NCBI GenBank assembly: GCA_010093995.1
Contig: ML992501.1
Location: 3,120,489 to 3,184,488, forward strand
Direction of reading: 5' to 3'
Origin: Elsinoe ampelina
Taxonomy: Eukaryota
DNA length: 64,000 bases
The notes below the pieces were generated by a model, which did no database searches, had not been told where the DNA came from, and worked only from the letters and a program-made list of their open reading frames with translations. A program made the translations under genes and the position numbers. Of this stretch, positions 15,363 to 27,917 are shown piece after piece (the first letter of the stretch is position 1; each line of letters starts with the position of its first letter).

Positions 15363-16294
15363 ATGACTGTCATAGCACCAGGTTCCCTCGGCCGGGAAGT
15401 CACAGACGAGCCACGCCGACCAGAACCGACGGCGAGTCCGCGCTCCTCCCGCTACAGATGGAAGGAAGAGTATGATGAGAAGAGCACATCACACAACAAC
15501 CTCGTCGCCAGCCACCACCACCCTTCGGTGTCGTCGGCGGGTGGGTCTTCGTCGAGGACTACCGACAGCATCGACTTGGAGAAGCAGGCTCTCAGCGCAC
15601 ATACCCGCGAAAGGGAAGAAAGATGGTCACAACGGTCAAGTCCGAGAGAATCACAAGATCGGAGAAGCAAGCATGAAGGTCCCTTCTATCGTGTCGGTGG
15701 AGGTTCAGACTCTTCACCCCACCACCAAACCATCCGTCACTACTCCAACGACGATGATGACGCCGCACCTCGGGACTCTCCTCTGTCTTCAAAGGCCTGT
15801 CAGTTTTTGGTATGTTGCAAACGACCTCGTTGTCATCAAGGTCTCGTACTAAAGTATCACAGATGTTCTTCATGCTCCCTGCGCCTCTCCTCTCCTTCGC
15901 CCTCGCCATTTGGACCATGATCATCACCCTCACCCTTATCTTCCTCCACCCTATTCGACTCATCTTCACCCGCAAGCGATCCTTCAGCGAGGTCGTGCTG
16001 TCTATACTGGCTCCGACACTCAACCTACACCTACGCTGCATCCACTCCTTTCCCATCGCCGGCGCCGAGCTTCAATTGCCACAGACGCTCGCTGTCCTCT
16101 TGGCATCTTCCTTCTTCAGCATGGGCATTGCCATCTGGTGCATGGTATTGTGCGTTTACTGGGCATTCGCTGCTGTCATTGGCAACCCAGACGGTCTTGA
16201 TGGCCGCAGCGACGGAAGGGAATTGGTTTTGAGCACCAGGCAAAAATGGGATGACTGGCTCCGACTCTCTGTGCGACCTGAGCTCAGGTCGTGA
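15363..16294 (+). CDS. Uncharacterised fungal membrane protein (~292 aa); exons 15363-15809, 15863-16294
   Basis: Intron 15810-15862 (GTATGT..CAG) joins a disordered S/R-rich exon to an exon with several hydrophobic helices ending 'IGNPDGLDGRSDGRELVL..W..WL'. Confidence 0.8.
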
Positions 16295-17473
16295 CATCGC
16301 CCTCCCCGCCTGCAACATGATTACTCGCTATAGCTTGCCCTTCTTCGCCCCCGCACATGGGGCCAAGGAGAACTTGGCTGGCAGACCGCAGTCTCCATTT
16401 CGAGACATTCACGACTCGAAGCATTTGCACACATGATTTTCACAGCGAGGAGTTTAGGGCGCTAGGCATGGCATGATCGGTCACGGTCATGGACACGGAC
16501 GGCTTTTACTTGGTTTGGAAATCACGAGATATCCCGTGGGAACGACAGGCCCACATGTTTGCTTTATGGTTACATTATGCAGCGCGCGCACGCATCATGG
16601 CAGCTAGATGAGAATGAAATGGCAGACTTGCCAGAGTTCACACACTTGGAATGTCCTTGTGCAATCCTCGTATCCCCCTGCCTCCAAAGTTTTCGGATCA
16701 GCCTTAAGAAGCAACCTCAAGCATCACCTAATGCCAAGAATCTTGGAGATCATCATCCATTTGAGTTTGCCATCCTCTTTTCCTTTTTCTAACTTTCACA
16801 AGTCTTGGACTTGGATTTATCCTTACTGTCTCCTGATCATCCTTGTTATCTTTGATGGCGGTTCTGACCTACTGGCTATTGAACATGGCTGTGCAGAATT
16901 GAAGACACTGTACCCACCATTTGTGCCAAACACTACCGTGGCCCTACTTGTGACATGAGCAACGGCATGCAGAAGACACTCCTTTCCATCTGCGACATGC
17001 GACGGCCTGCTTATCCTCGCTGACCGCTGTGAAATATCGCTAGTGTGCATTGTGATTTTTGCCCTTGGTGTCAGCCTGAGATGGGCGCGTTCGTGCCTGT
17101 TGCGGACGAACTCGCGGTTCCAGCTTTTTCGGTGGCTCTTGCCAAACGAAACCTCGAGCTCAACGTCAAGAGCTCCAGAGGGCAAACAGCACTCACTTGT
17201 AAGATCATTCTCTTCTGATAACCGGGAAATCATCATCTCACAATCAACGCCCGTTCATCAATGCTCATTGCGGAGAGATGAAGCATTGGCACCGCTTATC
17301 TGGGTCAGCACCATCCTTCATGAGGTGAGTAGTAGGCACTGTCAGCTCATCTGTACCGGGAATCTAACTTTGCCAGACTCCGGGCATAACTTCAGCTGCC
17401 AATCATCGAACCCTCTCATCCCGCTACTGCAATTTGCCGACCTCATCAACTCCGCCACAGCTCATTGGTCACA

Positions 17474-18271
17474 ATGTCTTTCAGCCCGCGCCGCACTCGT
17501 ATTATGGGTTTGGAAGACAAATCAGCCCAAACAGCCTCAAAGCGAAAGGCGTCTTCTTCGATCGACGAGGAGCCAGCTCCGAAGCGAGCCTCTCGCCGGT
17601 CCTTCGTGATTGACGACTCGTCTGTCGAGGAATCGTCAGATGACGAACCAGAACTCGGAGTTCCACGCGCTGGTACTTGGAAACGCAAAACAGCTCCCAG
17701 TCCCAGGATCAAAACTCAAGCCTCGACCTCTGGCGAAGCTCGTTTGATATCAGTACATGAGTATCTGGATGCTCAGGATCTCATCCATCAGCAGAAGAAC
17801 GAGCTGAATGAACTCCGACTGGTCACCTCTAACTTGGCAGCTGCACTCGGTCGAGTTGAACCGAATCCTACCACTATCTCGGATGAGCTCGAGGAGATAC
17901 AGACTCGCTATAACCGTGAGAAGACGTTGTCAACCTCGCTGAAGATTGAGCTAGAAGCTCTGCGTTCGCAGCTCACCGTGATGAAGAGGGCCCATCAGGG
18001 TGTGCATCAGGGTCGGGCAGCCGTCACACAGCAGAATCGCGAGCTCCGAGTCGCCATGAAGAAGCTTGAGGCAGAACTCGCGGCAGAAAAGAAAAAGTCT
18101 GATAGGATCACCGTAGAGAAGGACGGGCTCACACGCCAGAACAGCCAATCAAGGGCGGACACGGTCGGTGACCATGCCAGAGAGACGAAGGTGAAGAAGG
18201 AACCAATTATGCAGCAAGAGGTGGAGCTGAAAAGGGAGAATGGTGTGCGACAGCACGTCACATGGGACTAG
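17474..18271 (+). CDS. Hypothetical coiled-coil protein with basic NLS-like N-terminus (~265 aa)
   Basis: Single ORF, ATG at 17474 in ACAATG context. Basic clusters ('PAPKRASRR', 'WKRK') precede a long heptad-rich helical region. Confidence 0.65.
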   Translation: MSFSPRRTRIMGLEDKSAQTASKRKASSSIDEEPAPKRASRRSFVIDDSSVEESSDDEPELGVPRAGTWKRKTAPSPRIKTQASTSGEARLISVHEYLDAQDLIHQQKNELNELRLVTSNLAAALGRVEPNPTTISDELEEIQTRYNREKTLSTSLKIELEALRSQLTVMKRAHQGVHQGRAAVTQQNRELRVAMKKLEAELAAEKKKSDRITVEKDGLTRQNSQSRADTVGDHARETKVKKEPIMQQEVELKRENGVRQHVTWD

Positions 18272-19865
18272 AGGTCGTTGAGATTGATGTGGCCACTTCC
18301 ATCATACACTTAGGGAAGCATCGATTCAATTGGTAAGTCACGGCGGCATACTTTAGTGACCACCAAGGGATCGTTGGGTTGCAGCATTAAGGTAGACAGA
18401 CCATATTCTCAACGGGACACATATTGACATGACAACACTTGCCTCCTATATCTTGGCCGACGAGCCGGGCAAACCTCATTGTGGTGAGCTGTCGGACTGA
18501 ATGACAGGCATGATGCAGTTCTCGCCCTCCACTCATACAAGCAATGTCCGAATAACCACGAACCTACTGCAACGTAGAATTCGATCATCTGACGCTTGTA
18601 TTTCCAACAGAGCGCTATACCAATGTCGAACGTCGACAATTATGCCTGTACTAATAAGCTTTTCTACCCGTCTAAACAAAAAGCTTCAAGACAAGTTGTA
18701 GATCGTCAAGAATACTAGATACTCTACATCCTCGTCAAGATTGAAGCTCAAGTTCAGTGAACGCGCTGGCATCATGGTCACACTAGCTATGGGCTCAAGG
18801 TGGATGGTATTACGCTAGGGTTCGCAGCAGGAGAGGTCTTCTGATGAACAGTGCCTGTTCTTCGAGATGTGCTGACTCCACACATCTATCCATTCCATCT
18901 ATCGTTCGAAAAGAAACTATACGGGACCATGACCTCTTTATTGGCGCAATTTTGGCAAGTGTGAGTTTCATACTATCTTCGTAGGCGATGACAATGCCTG
19001 ACGCGTCTAGATCAGATATCGTGGCCACAGATGACTTGCCCTTGATCGATAGTGCCCACCACTGTGAGCTGATCATTGTTGCCATCGAATGCAACTTTGC
19101 CGACGCTATCAGAACATGAGGAGATGCCTCCGGACTGTCCGCGAAAGAAGTCATGACTTGGAAGGTACTATAATGCATGAGACGGCCCCTGAGGGCGGGG
19201 ACGGCAACCTCATAAATTCCGGTATGGCACCAAAGGTACGCTGTGAGCACTGCGAAGTAGTCTGATCGGCGAGATACACTGTCCATCTCGAATCTTGACC
19301 AACGGAAGACCGCTCAGCCTATACATAGGTTGGTGACAATTGGAACACTCATTGGCACTGAAATTCTCACAGCTCTCGAGCGACGTCTTCGGAACCACTA
19401 GCAGCACTTCGGCAATCGACCGAGATTCTGATCCGAGCACTAGCCGAACTGTCCATAACATACTTGTGAAGGTTCCTGATTCTTTCGGCATCCTTCTGAC
19501 CAGTCATACTCGACATGCGGCTTGGCTTTGCACCATGACGGACCTACCCTTGATCACTGTCGCTTCGCAAGTGAACAGCCACGGCTCTGAGCTGGGGAGA
19601 TGGCGACTCTACGGATATATCTGCTATTCCGTGACCCGAAGCGTGGGATAGTTGTGAGAGTCTGCTTCACTGGCTGTTTCGTTACAGCAGATCTTTCCAC
19701 CCCTTGGATCAAGTCTATCATGGCGGTGCGGATATTCCACTCCGTTCTGAAGTCTCTTTTCCATGTCTCCAAGTAGGTCCTCAAGTCTCTCCCAGCTCTC
19801 CCAACGTTGTCAAATCCTTTCTATGTATATTCCGCATCGAATTCGCCCTGACGACCTTTTTGACC

Positions 19866-21377
19866 ATGGAAAACACTGCAGACATAAACAAGAATTACAT
19901 CAAGCCTGCGAAGGCGCTCTCGATCAGACTGGTTGAGAAGGACTTGGAGGTCGCTACTCAGCCACTGACTGCTCTACCACCACTGCCACGTGTGATATCA
20001 CCAGCACCTGGGCAACACCATAACAACATCTCTTCAACGCAATCATTATCCTCGGAGCAATCAACCACCTTCCCCCCGAAGCTCACCACCAAACGCTCCA
20101 ACCTCCTCCATCTCCTCTCCCAACCACAATGGACACCCCCCACCCCCCCCTCCCCTCCCCCCTTCTCCCTCGCCATCGTCCTCCTCTACGCCTGGGTCTG
20201 CACGACCTCCGTCGCCCTCCTCTACTACAACCAACCCATGCTCGACGAACTCGCCCTCTCCTTCACCACCACGCAGTCCTCCATCTCACTCATCCCAACC
20301 GTCATGCAAGCCGGCTCAGCCACCGGTCTCGCCCTCATCTGTCCCATGGGCGACATGTTCCCCCGTCGACCCTTGATCCTGGCCCTCCTCTCCCTGACAG
20401 CGCTGTCCTGGACGGGACTGGCGCTCACGTCCTCCCTGCCCGTCTTCACCGCCCTTTCCTTCCTGGTGGCCCTCACGGTGCTGTCGACTCAGCTCCTCCT
20501 GCCGCTGGTGGGGGACATTGCGCCGCCTTCCCGGAGGGCTTTTTGTCTCTCCGTTTGCGCATCGGGGATAACGCTGGGTATCGTCCTCGGGCGGGTGGGG
20601 GCGGGGGCGATGGCTTCTTCGCTGACGTGGAGGGGTGTCTACTGGTTTAGTCTGGGGACGCAGGGGTTGTCTTTGGGATTGCTGTGGTGGTTCATGCCTG
20701 ATTATCCGGTCGCTTGTGAGGGGTTGTCTTATGTCGCGGCTTTGAAGAGCGTGCCGATGCTGATGTGGCGCCACCCTGCGGTGGGCCAGATGTGTCTTGT
20801 GTTCTGTCTGCTGGCGGCTACGAATGCGAATTTCTGGACTACGTTGACGTTCTTGCTGGTTGGGGAGCCGTATGGGTTTGGGCCCGCGAGGATTGGGCTG
20901 TTTGGACTGTTCCCGCTGTTCGGGGCTGCGGTGACTCCGGTCGTCACGTCGGTAGCGGGGAGGAGGGTGCATTCGCTGGTGCTGGTCAGAATGGCGGTGG
21001 TGCTGGCTTGTGTGGGAATGGCGGTTGGTACTTTCACCGGGACGAGGAGTGTGGTGGGGCCGATGGTCCAGGCTACGTTGCATGATGCTGGATTCACTCT
21101 GTTGCAGGTCGCTGGAAGGGATGTGGCTTTTGCCGTGGATGTTCAGGCCAGGGGACGGATCAATACGGCATTGACGGTGTCGATCTTCGTGGGAAACTTG
21201 ATCGGGACGGCATTGGGAGGAACCCTATTCACGAACAAGGGATGGGTGTCGAATGGGGCCGTGATGCTGGGTATCGCTATTGCGGGCCTCGGGGTTGGTA
21301 TCTCGAGAGGTCCGCGGATAGATGGATGGGTCGGCTGGAAGGGAAGCTGGAAGTTGTCCGATGAGGGTACAGGCTGA
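19866..21377 (+). CDS. Major facilitator superfamily transporter
   Basis: About 12 hydrophobic segments, TM1 'LLYYNQPML', motif A-like 'PMGDMFPRRPL', 'LGIVLGRV', 'ARGRINT'. Start ATG 19866 is inferred. Confidence 0.9.
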   Translation: MENTADINKNYIKPAKALSIRLVEKDLEVATQPLTALPPLPRVISPAPGQHHNNISSTQSLSSEQSTTFPPKLTTKRSNLLHLLSQPQWTPPTPPSPPPFSLAIVLLYAWVCTTSVALLYYNQPMLDELALSFTTTQSSISLIPTVMQAGSATGLALICPMGDMFPRRPLILALLSLTALSWTGLALTSSLPVFTALSFLVALTVLSTQLLLPLVGDIAPPSRRAFCLSVCASGITLGIVLGRVGAGAMASSLTWRGVYWFSLGTQGLSLGLLWWFMPDYPVACEGLSYVAALKSVPMLMWRHPAVGQMCLVFCLLAATNANFWTTLTFLLVGEPYGFGPARIGLFGLFPLFGAAVTPVVTSVAGRRVHSLVLVRMAVVLACVGMAVGTFTGTRSVVGPMVQATLHDAGFTLLQVAGRDVAFAVDVQARGRINTALTVSIFVGNLIGTALGGTLFTNKGWVSNGAVMLGIAIAGLGVGISRGPRIDGWVGWKGSWKLSDEGTG

Positions 21378-22715
21378 CAACTCTCGAGCTTGAACCCACC
21401 GCGCAACCGTGGGCAACATGGCTCGAGAGCAACTGGAAGTCGACTCGTCCCACAGTGGTGTCTCATGTCGGTGATGACGCTAGATAATTCATGCAGGGTA
21501 CTCAGAGACAGCTGGAACTTGACTTATCCATACTGATCCGTGAGGGCAACCTTTGTTGTGTTTGATCTACCTACACGAGCCCAAACCTGCATGGGGAACT
21601 TGACAATGGAGCATGCAGGGGGATCTCCGGTCCATGTGGAGGTTCGAAAGGTGAGATTCTTCGGCAAACCCTTGCTGACACAGGGACAATAGGTTAGGGT
21701 TCAAGATGTGTGTAGGATTACGCATCGGCTGTAATTGTGCAGATCGTTGGGTCTGTACAATGCTCGGCATTCAAAGACCAATCAGGGAAGGTCCTACGAT
21801 TCGTACATGGCCTAGTGATGGCTGCGCAAATGTTGCCCTGATCGTTCCAGTCTACTTATATCCGAAGGCGAGACGACGACTGACCACTGACTAAGCTTGT
21901 GTCTATCGGAAGCTGGTTGCAATTGCAGGAGAATCACCATGAGTCGACATTGTCACGTCGGACCGAAGCCAACCCTGTTAGTAGTCACGCACGGATGCTT
22001 TGCTTTCATTTCAGAGGTCTTCCAGTGTAGTTGTCCACAGTCTCGGAGCCTGCATTCCATGAGATTATCATGTCTTGTGTTGCACCAATCTCACAGGTCG
22101 GGCTAGGGGTTTGGACAAGAAAGACAGACCATACACTATCGTTGTGGTTCAAACAGTGAGCTTTCAGGGGAATGTTGGTGTTGCAACCGGCATGTCTGAT
22201 CCATCTTGGTGTCCTGATTCTGCAGCCGATGTTGCATTTGTTGACTGGAGTGCTGGACGTTGACACTCCCCATTTCCTTTGTTCGTCAGTGATTGACTGC
22301 CGATTTGCCACGGTTTGTAGCGGTCGAACCTTCTCCTTTTCCTTCCACGGCTAGCACTGCGACAGTCAGAGTGCTTGGTCGCTATGTAGCCGTGGCAAAC
22401 TCTTCGACCATGACCCGATGGTCGTAGCTGGCGAATCAAGCCATCCGGCACGTTCTTGCTTCCAAAGATAGACGGTGTGCTCAGCCGATAAGCTATCCCA
22501 GCAGCAGCCAAGAGCGTGCGAGCTCATACGGGAAATCATGAGTGGTTGAGACGAGCCGACAGCAAAGATTGCTTGATGCCCAATTGAATCGCCTTCCCCT
22601 GAGCCGATGCTTGTCGGATGAGTGCTTCGCGACATTGCCTTACGAGGTCATAAAGACTGCGGTGAAGGTGTTTCTTTTGCTCTGTGCCATTCTATGACTA
22701 TCCGTCACCATCATA

Positions 22716-23807
22716 ATGTCAAAGTGGCTTTGCGATTCAACGGCTCAAAGATACTTGACCCATTTGGGAATAAGTACCTGTACCCTTAGCGCGTTCCATC
22801 CTTTGGGTGTGCCTAATCTGGCATTACTCACCAGCCTCCACCGCAGCCACATTGCTACCATACCCTACGAGAACATATGCTTGCACTACTCGAGCGAGCG
22901 CTATGCGTCCCTCGATGCCGACAGCCTGCTGGACCGAATCATTTCGAAGCAAAGAGGAGGATACTGCATGGAGCTCAACATGATCTTCCACTTGCTCTTG
23001 GGACGACTCGGCTTCCAGACATATATGACAGGTGCACGGCTCGGTCAGGACTGTGGAGACGGAGAAGCGTTCAGCGGCTGGCGGCATTCTATCATCGTCG
23101 TCATTATACCAGGTTCAGGCTCGGAGCCTCCAGCAAGATACATGGTTGATGTTGGCTTTGGCGGTGATGGTCCTGTACTTCCCATCCCTCTAATTCATGA
23201 CACTACTCTGCCCAATCTGGGAACCCAAGAGATGCGGTTGACGTTCGGCCCGATCGAACGACTATCGTCAGCTCCGCCGGAAGTTCAGCCTCATTTGTGG
23301 TCATACTGGACTCGGAATACGAAGGAACACGCCTGGCGACGCCAATTCTGCTTTTCGCTGCTGGAATTCACCTCGGAGGACTTCAAAGTGATCAATCACT
23401 TTGCCAGCACTCATGAGGAAAGCATCCAGACCAAAAAGCTCATGGTGGTCAAGTTCCTGGCGGATTCGAACGGGACATCGTCGGAGGAGGAGAGTCCGAC
23501 GAAGATGGAAAGAGTTGACAGCGTGACTGGTCGGAAGGATGGAAGAGTGTCCTGTCGAACGGGAGGAGATGCCCGGAGACGATCAGTTGGTGACTGCCGC
23601 ATCACGGGCAAGCTCATACTGGTCAACGAGACGCTCAAGATCAATACAGGTGGAAGATCGAAGATCTTACGAGTGTGCTCGACTGAGGAGGAGCGGGTGG
23701 ATGTGCTCAAGGATCATTTCGACATCAGCATTGATGAGAAGGAGCGGTGCTGCATCGCCGGCAGTCCGGTTGAGCTGCCGAGCTCATTGTCGTCTTCGCC
23801 CGCTTAG
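22716..23807 (+). CDS. Arylamine N-acetyltransferase family protein
   Basis: 'IPYEN', catalytic Cys in 'RGGYCMELN', His in 'WRHSII', Asp in 'YMVDVGFG' (intact Cys-His-Asp triad). Intronless. Confidence 0.93.
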   Translation: MSKWLCDSTAQRYLTHLGISTCTLSAFHPLGVPNLALLTSLHRSHIATIPYENICLHYSSERYASLDADSLLDRIISKQRGGYCMELNMIFHLLLGRLGFQTYMTGARLGQDCGDGEAFSGWRHSIIVVIIPGSGSEPPARYMVDVGFGGDGPVLPIPLIHDTTLPNLGTQEMRLTFGPIERLSSAPPEVQPHLWSYWTRNTKEHAWRRQFCFSLLEFTSEDFKVINHFASTHEESIQTKKLMVVKFLADSNGTSSEEESPTKMERVDSVTGRKDGRVSCRTGGDARRRSVGDCRITGKLILVNETLKINTGGRSKILRVCSTEEERVDVLKDHFDISIDEKERCCIAGSPVELPSSLSSSPA

Positions 23808-24543
23808 GTAGATGGTAGTATTCTAGACGTCATGTTGTCTGGCAGTGCTTTGTCCAGGTCCTGGGAGAGGTGAGAGGTGAGCGTGTGTGAAGATCTTTTT
23901 CAATAGTCTTGTTGGCTGCTGCATGAAGACAGTAGACGCCAGCCATGTGCGGGGCGAGGGTGGAGAAATTTTCCAGATGGTGTTGGTTTGCTCGAGTCAG
24001 TCAAACCGATCGTTTCCGGACGAAAAAGTGTCGACACCGACTTCAGCCGCAAAAGGATATATTAAATTCTGACGCGCAATTTCGTGAGCTGAAACTCATT
24101 TTGCAGGTTGGTTCGACCTTCCTTCATCTGTCTGCTCATTTGCTTTCCAGACCTATTTTCCCATTCACAAGTCACCATTCGCCATTCGCGACAGGTGGCT
24201 TGATGACCTGCATGGTTAACATCTACCGCGCCGCGAGGCTTGGGAACGGTTCGCTGCTAGCTCGCCATCATACGGCGCCGATTAGGGCTTTTCCTTCTCC
24301 AACTCGCTTCTATGGGTCTTCTCTGCGGTAGAAACTCACTCACCGCATCGATTCATTGGTGGCGTAACTTACAAGGGCTCCTGCAAAGCGATGCCCTTGG
24401 CTGTACCGTTCTGGACGCCTGCATGGTCGCCTGGACGCCGCATGCGCCGCATAATGAACATGAGATTCCGGTAAGAAAACCAGAGGTGAGCCGCTGTTTT
24501 TTTTTTGCTTTGGACCTGCTCTGTGTCTTCACTGCTGGCTGTC

Positions 24544-25536
24544 ATGTTCCTCACAGCGCTGGTCACCACTGCTTTGGCAGTGACAGTAGCTTGTCAAAAA
24601 CCGAAGAGTGTCACGAACCAGTTCACGGGCAATCCCGGCGAAGAGTTTGAGAATCTCGCCATCCGAGCCAATGGCAACATCCTCATAACAGCAGTGGGCA
24701 AGCCATCAATCACTTCTCCTGTCCTCAACCCTCGCCGCTCTTTCGCTTCCGACCTCACTCCGTTCCCTGGTGTTGCCTCTCTCTTCGGAATCGGCGAGAT
24801 TGCACCAGACCTCTTCGCCGTCGCTGGCGGGACTTTCGGTCGTGGCCTTCCACCTACTCCTGGGACTTTCTCTGTATTCGCCATCAACCCAGCCACGGTG
24901 CCAGCCAAGATATCTACCATCGCCGCCGTGCCCCAAGCAGGCATCTTGAATGGATTGACCACCATCCCAGGTCGCTTCGGTACGAATGCAACAGTCCTCC
25001 TATCCGACACCCTTGTCGGCACCATCTATGCACTCAACCCTTCGAACGGGAAGATTTCGGTGGCGTTCCCGGCGCTGAATGCTTTGCGCACCTCGCCTCT
25101 CGTTCAACCTGGCATCAACGGCATCCGCTACGATGGTCGGACTTGTACGCTGTACTTTGCCAACACCATTGCTGCTGTGCTCGGAGCGGTAAAACTCAAG
25201 GTACGAATATCGAGGGACGGGACTCCTGCTGTCACCATCGCAGAGACACCAAAGATCATTGCCAGCAACCTGCCGGTGGACGACTTTGCTGTCGTTGGCG
25301 ATGGATCAGTGATCGCAGCTGTGAACTCGCTGAATCAAGTGGTCAAGATCAGCCCGAACGGACAAGTGACAACCATCTTCAACGGGACTGGATTCCCCAG
25401 CTTCGATGCGCCGAGTAGCGTCGCGTTCGGGAGGACGAAGGAACAATTTGGAAGCGTTTTTGTCACCACCGCGGGAATACAGTTGAGTGCAAATGGGACG
25501 GGTCCAGGAGGGGAGCTGTTTGAGCTGAAGTTTTGA
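24544..25536 (+). CDS. Secreted six-bladed beta-propeller protein (SMP-30/gluconolactonase/LRE-like)
   Basis: Signal-peptide-like MFLTALVTTALAVTVA. Blade motifs 'FENLAIRANGNILIT', 'LNGLT', 'GINGIRY', 'LYFANT', 'VDDFAV', 'PSSVAFGRT'. Confidence 0.85.
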   Translation: MFLTALVTTALAVTVACQKPKSVTNQFTGNPGEEFENLAIRANGNILITAVGKPSITSPVLNPRRSFASDLTPFPGVASLFGIGEIAPDLFAVAGGTFGRGLPPTPGTFSVFAINPATVPAKISTIAAVPQAGILNGLTTIPGRFGTNATVLLSDTLVGTIYALNPSNGKISVAFPALNALRTSPLVQPGINGIRYDGRTCTLYFANTIAAVLGAVKLKVRISRDGTPAVTIAETPKIIASNLPVDDFAVVGDGSVIAAVNSLNQVVKISPNGQVTTIFNGTGFPSFDAPSSVAFGRTKEQFGSVFVTTAGIQLSANGTGPGGELFELKF

Positions 25537-26171
25537 ATAGACCAAAGATGCGGCCATACTTGTGAATAGACGACGATAGAATGCATCGGTCTCGGAAAGA
25601 TTTCAACGTGCCTACTGGCGACATACTCACACATCGGTTGTCCTCTGTAAGATTGTTGGAGACCGATCCGATGGAAGAGTAGTATGCAGCTAGACCACGA
25701 TCAAGGTATTGTCTGTGATGCGTGGCAGACGTACAGTGTCAAGGTTGGACGGCCAGGAAGGCGGATCGGACAAAGTCCAAGTCTGATACCTCGGGCGTGA
25801 TGCACATTCGATGATCGTCCTACCTGATCTCCGCCTAGCTGGCTGAGTCATCGTTGCGCAAACAGGCCAGACCTTGATGCGTTGCACATCGAGTAGGGCT
25901 TCACGCTGACACTCTGCAGCGTCGGGCGGATTATTACTCCTCCTTATCAGGAGAGTGGGGATGCTCCGCATTCGCTTCTGTGATATGAGCACTGCCGAGA
26001 GCTACAGTCCCAGGGACTCTCAACGCTTCAGTTTGATTCCACTGGGTGGACGGGGAAGCAGCGGATGTGTTTCATCCATTCACATATCGACCGATGTGAG
26101 GTTACATTCCCATTGTTCGTCAAGGCTGTTCTTGTCGATAGCTGGCTAGAGAGGGCGATCCACAGTCATTG

Positions 26172-26233
26172 TCAGGTGTTCATCACCTAGCATGAGTCGA
26201 TCAGGTGTTCATCACCTAGCATGAGTCGATCAG
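26172..26233. repeat. Perfect 29-bp tandem duplication (TCAGGTGTTCATCACCTAGCATGAGTCGA)x2 plus TCAG
   Basis: Read directly: copies at 26172-26200 and 26201-26229. Confidence 0.95.
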
Positions 26234-27917
26234 TATAGAGAGAAATGGGTTGGTGTAGACCGGAAATAATGCTAAACGGATATTCAGATGTACCGACTTT
26301 TTCAACCGACGACATGTCGTAAATGACGTGCTTCGACAGAGATGCTATCCCAAGCGAAGCAAGGCATACCATGGAAAGGACGAGTAATGTGTGATGGCGG
26401 AAGGAGACCGGCGATCAATACTTTGGAACCTTCAGTCGGGAACCAGGTGAACCAGTAGAAGCTCGCCTCACAAGCATTTGCCGAGAAGGCTTGGACAGCG
26501 AACCACCGAGGAAGGGCAATCTCACCAGCGACTACCATGTTAGATGGACGTACAGTATCCAGATCGCCTCACATTTCCCCACGTCTTGAAGAGGATTGAG
26601 GTTGACGGAAATCCTCCATTGAAACTCAAGTTGCCTTCGCGTCATGCACCATCGAGCCGCGAGAGGAAAGTGATAGTATCTGGTCATGACTATTCTCATC
26701 GTGTGGAGCGTCAGTGGCAGCAATACACACCCATCCGTTGTCGAGGACATGGCAGACTAGACTGATGAAATCAGCAGGCGGCATCAAGTCCTCAACTACT
26801 CAAGTTCTACCTTGATATGTGGCCAGAGACTGGGCGGTACTTCATGGGCGCCACATAGCTGTCGCAGATAAAAGAAGGTCTTGTCCAAAAGGTGTTGCTG
26901 ACGAGTCTCGATTTAGCTCGCAACGCCATCTCGCTTCGACCGGCAAAAGCTTATTTGACGCGTTTCCCCCTCCGAACACGTTCTTTCCTCTTCACCTCTG
27001 AGCACCTAGACGCCCCTCCGTCATCCATATATATCAAACCAAAACTAGTCATCTCTCAACTGATATCATCGTCGTACCAAACGGTTGAAGGTCATACTCG
27101 GCGAATCACGAGTGGTAGGACAGCTGTCCGGAGGTACAGAGCCCTCGGAGAGTGATCCTCTCTTGCTGCAGCACGCGGAGCGCTCGTCATCGAACAAGAA
27201 CGTCATGGGAGGCTCTCTCTGTGGCTCGCTTTCATATCGGAACCTAGATGGCCTTTGATATCGGCAGCGTGTATAGTATACCGTCGAAGAATGGGGCCAC
27301 CCGTTCAGCCCAAGGACACAATCTAGTAGGAATCGGGGTGTCAAGTCTGGATGGAGACCCTGAGAATCCCATGGTGCCTCCCAGTTCCTGACACCGTGAC
27401 TCCACTCCAGGTAGGCCCTTGGCGATCATCACTGTCCAACGATGCCTCGAAGCGACCTACACTGCCAAGACCTCGACACTCCCGAAAGCACGGCTTACAT
27501 CCGGCTTATCCTGACAACCATCACCACCTTGATCACTTGTCTCTGACGCTCCGGAGTCTACATCAAGCTCGGATCCCGCAAAAGGAAACTTTCCTGTGGT
27601 TGCTGCCCGACTTTATGAAGCACGATGATTGCCTCGCTGATCGATGACATGACTTGATACTTCCTGCTAAGCTTCTGCTGTAAGGGTGGTTCAAGGCCCC
27701 ACGTGCTCGTCACAATCACTCCGACTGCCAAGATCCTCACGGAGGCGGAGGATCATGAGCCCTAAATGCAGCAAGTCATGGTTCATATTGGGCCAAGGTT
27801 GCAACAAGCTATGTTAAGCAATCCCTGGACATATGGTCTTAGGAGGCGAAGACGCAAGCATCTATTTGAGTCTCGAATCGGCTGTTCGGGCAGAGGATGT
27901 AAGCTTTCAACTCCAGC

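Noticed and set aside
18810..19784. Series of minus-strand ORF fragments that might be a decayed gene
   Set aside because: No recognisable domain or convincing splice path, so it cannot be supported without a homology search.
25537..27917. A LOG or P450 gene completing a Fusarium/Claviceps-type cytokinin cluster next to the IPT
   Set aside because: No LOG (PGGxGT) or P450 (FxxGxxxCxG) motif was seen in the ORF track of the flanking sequence.
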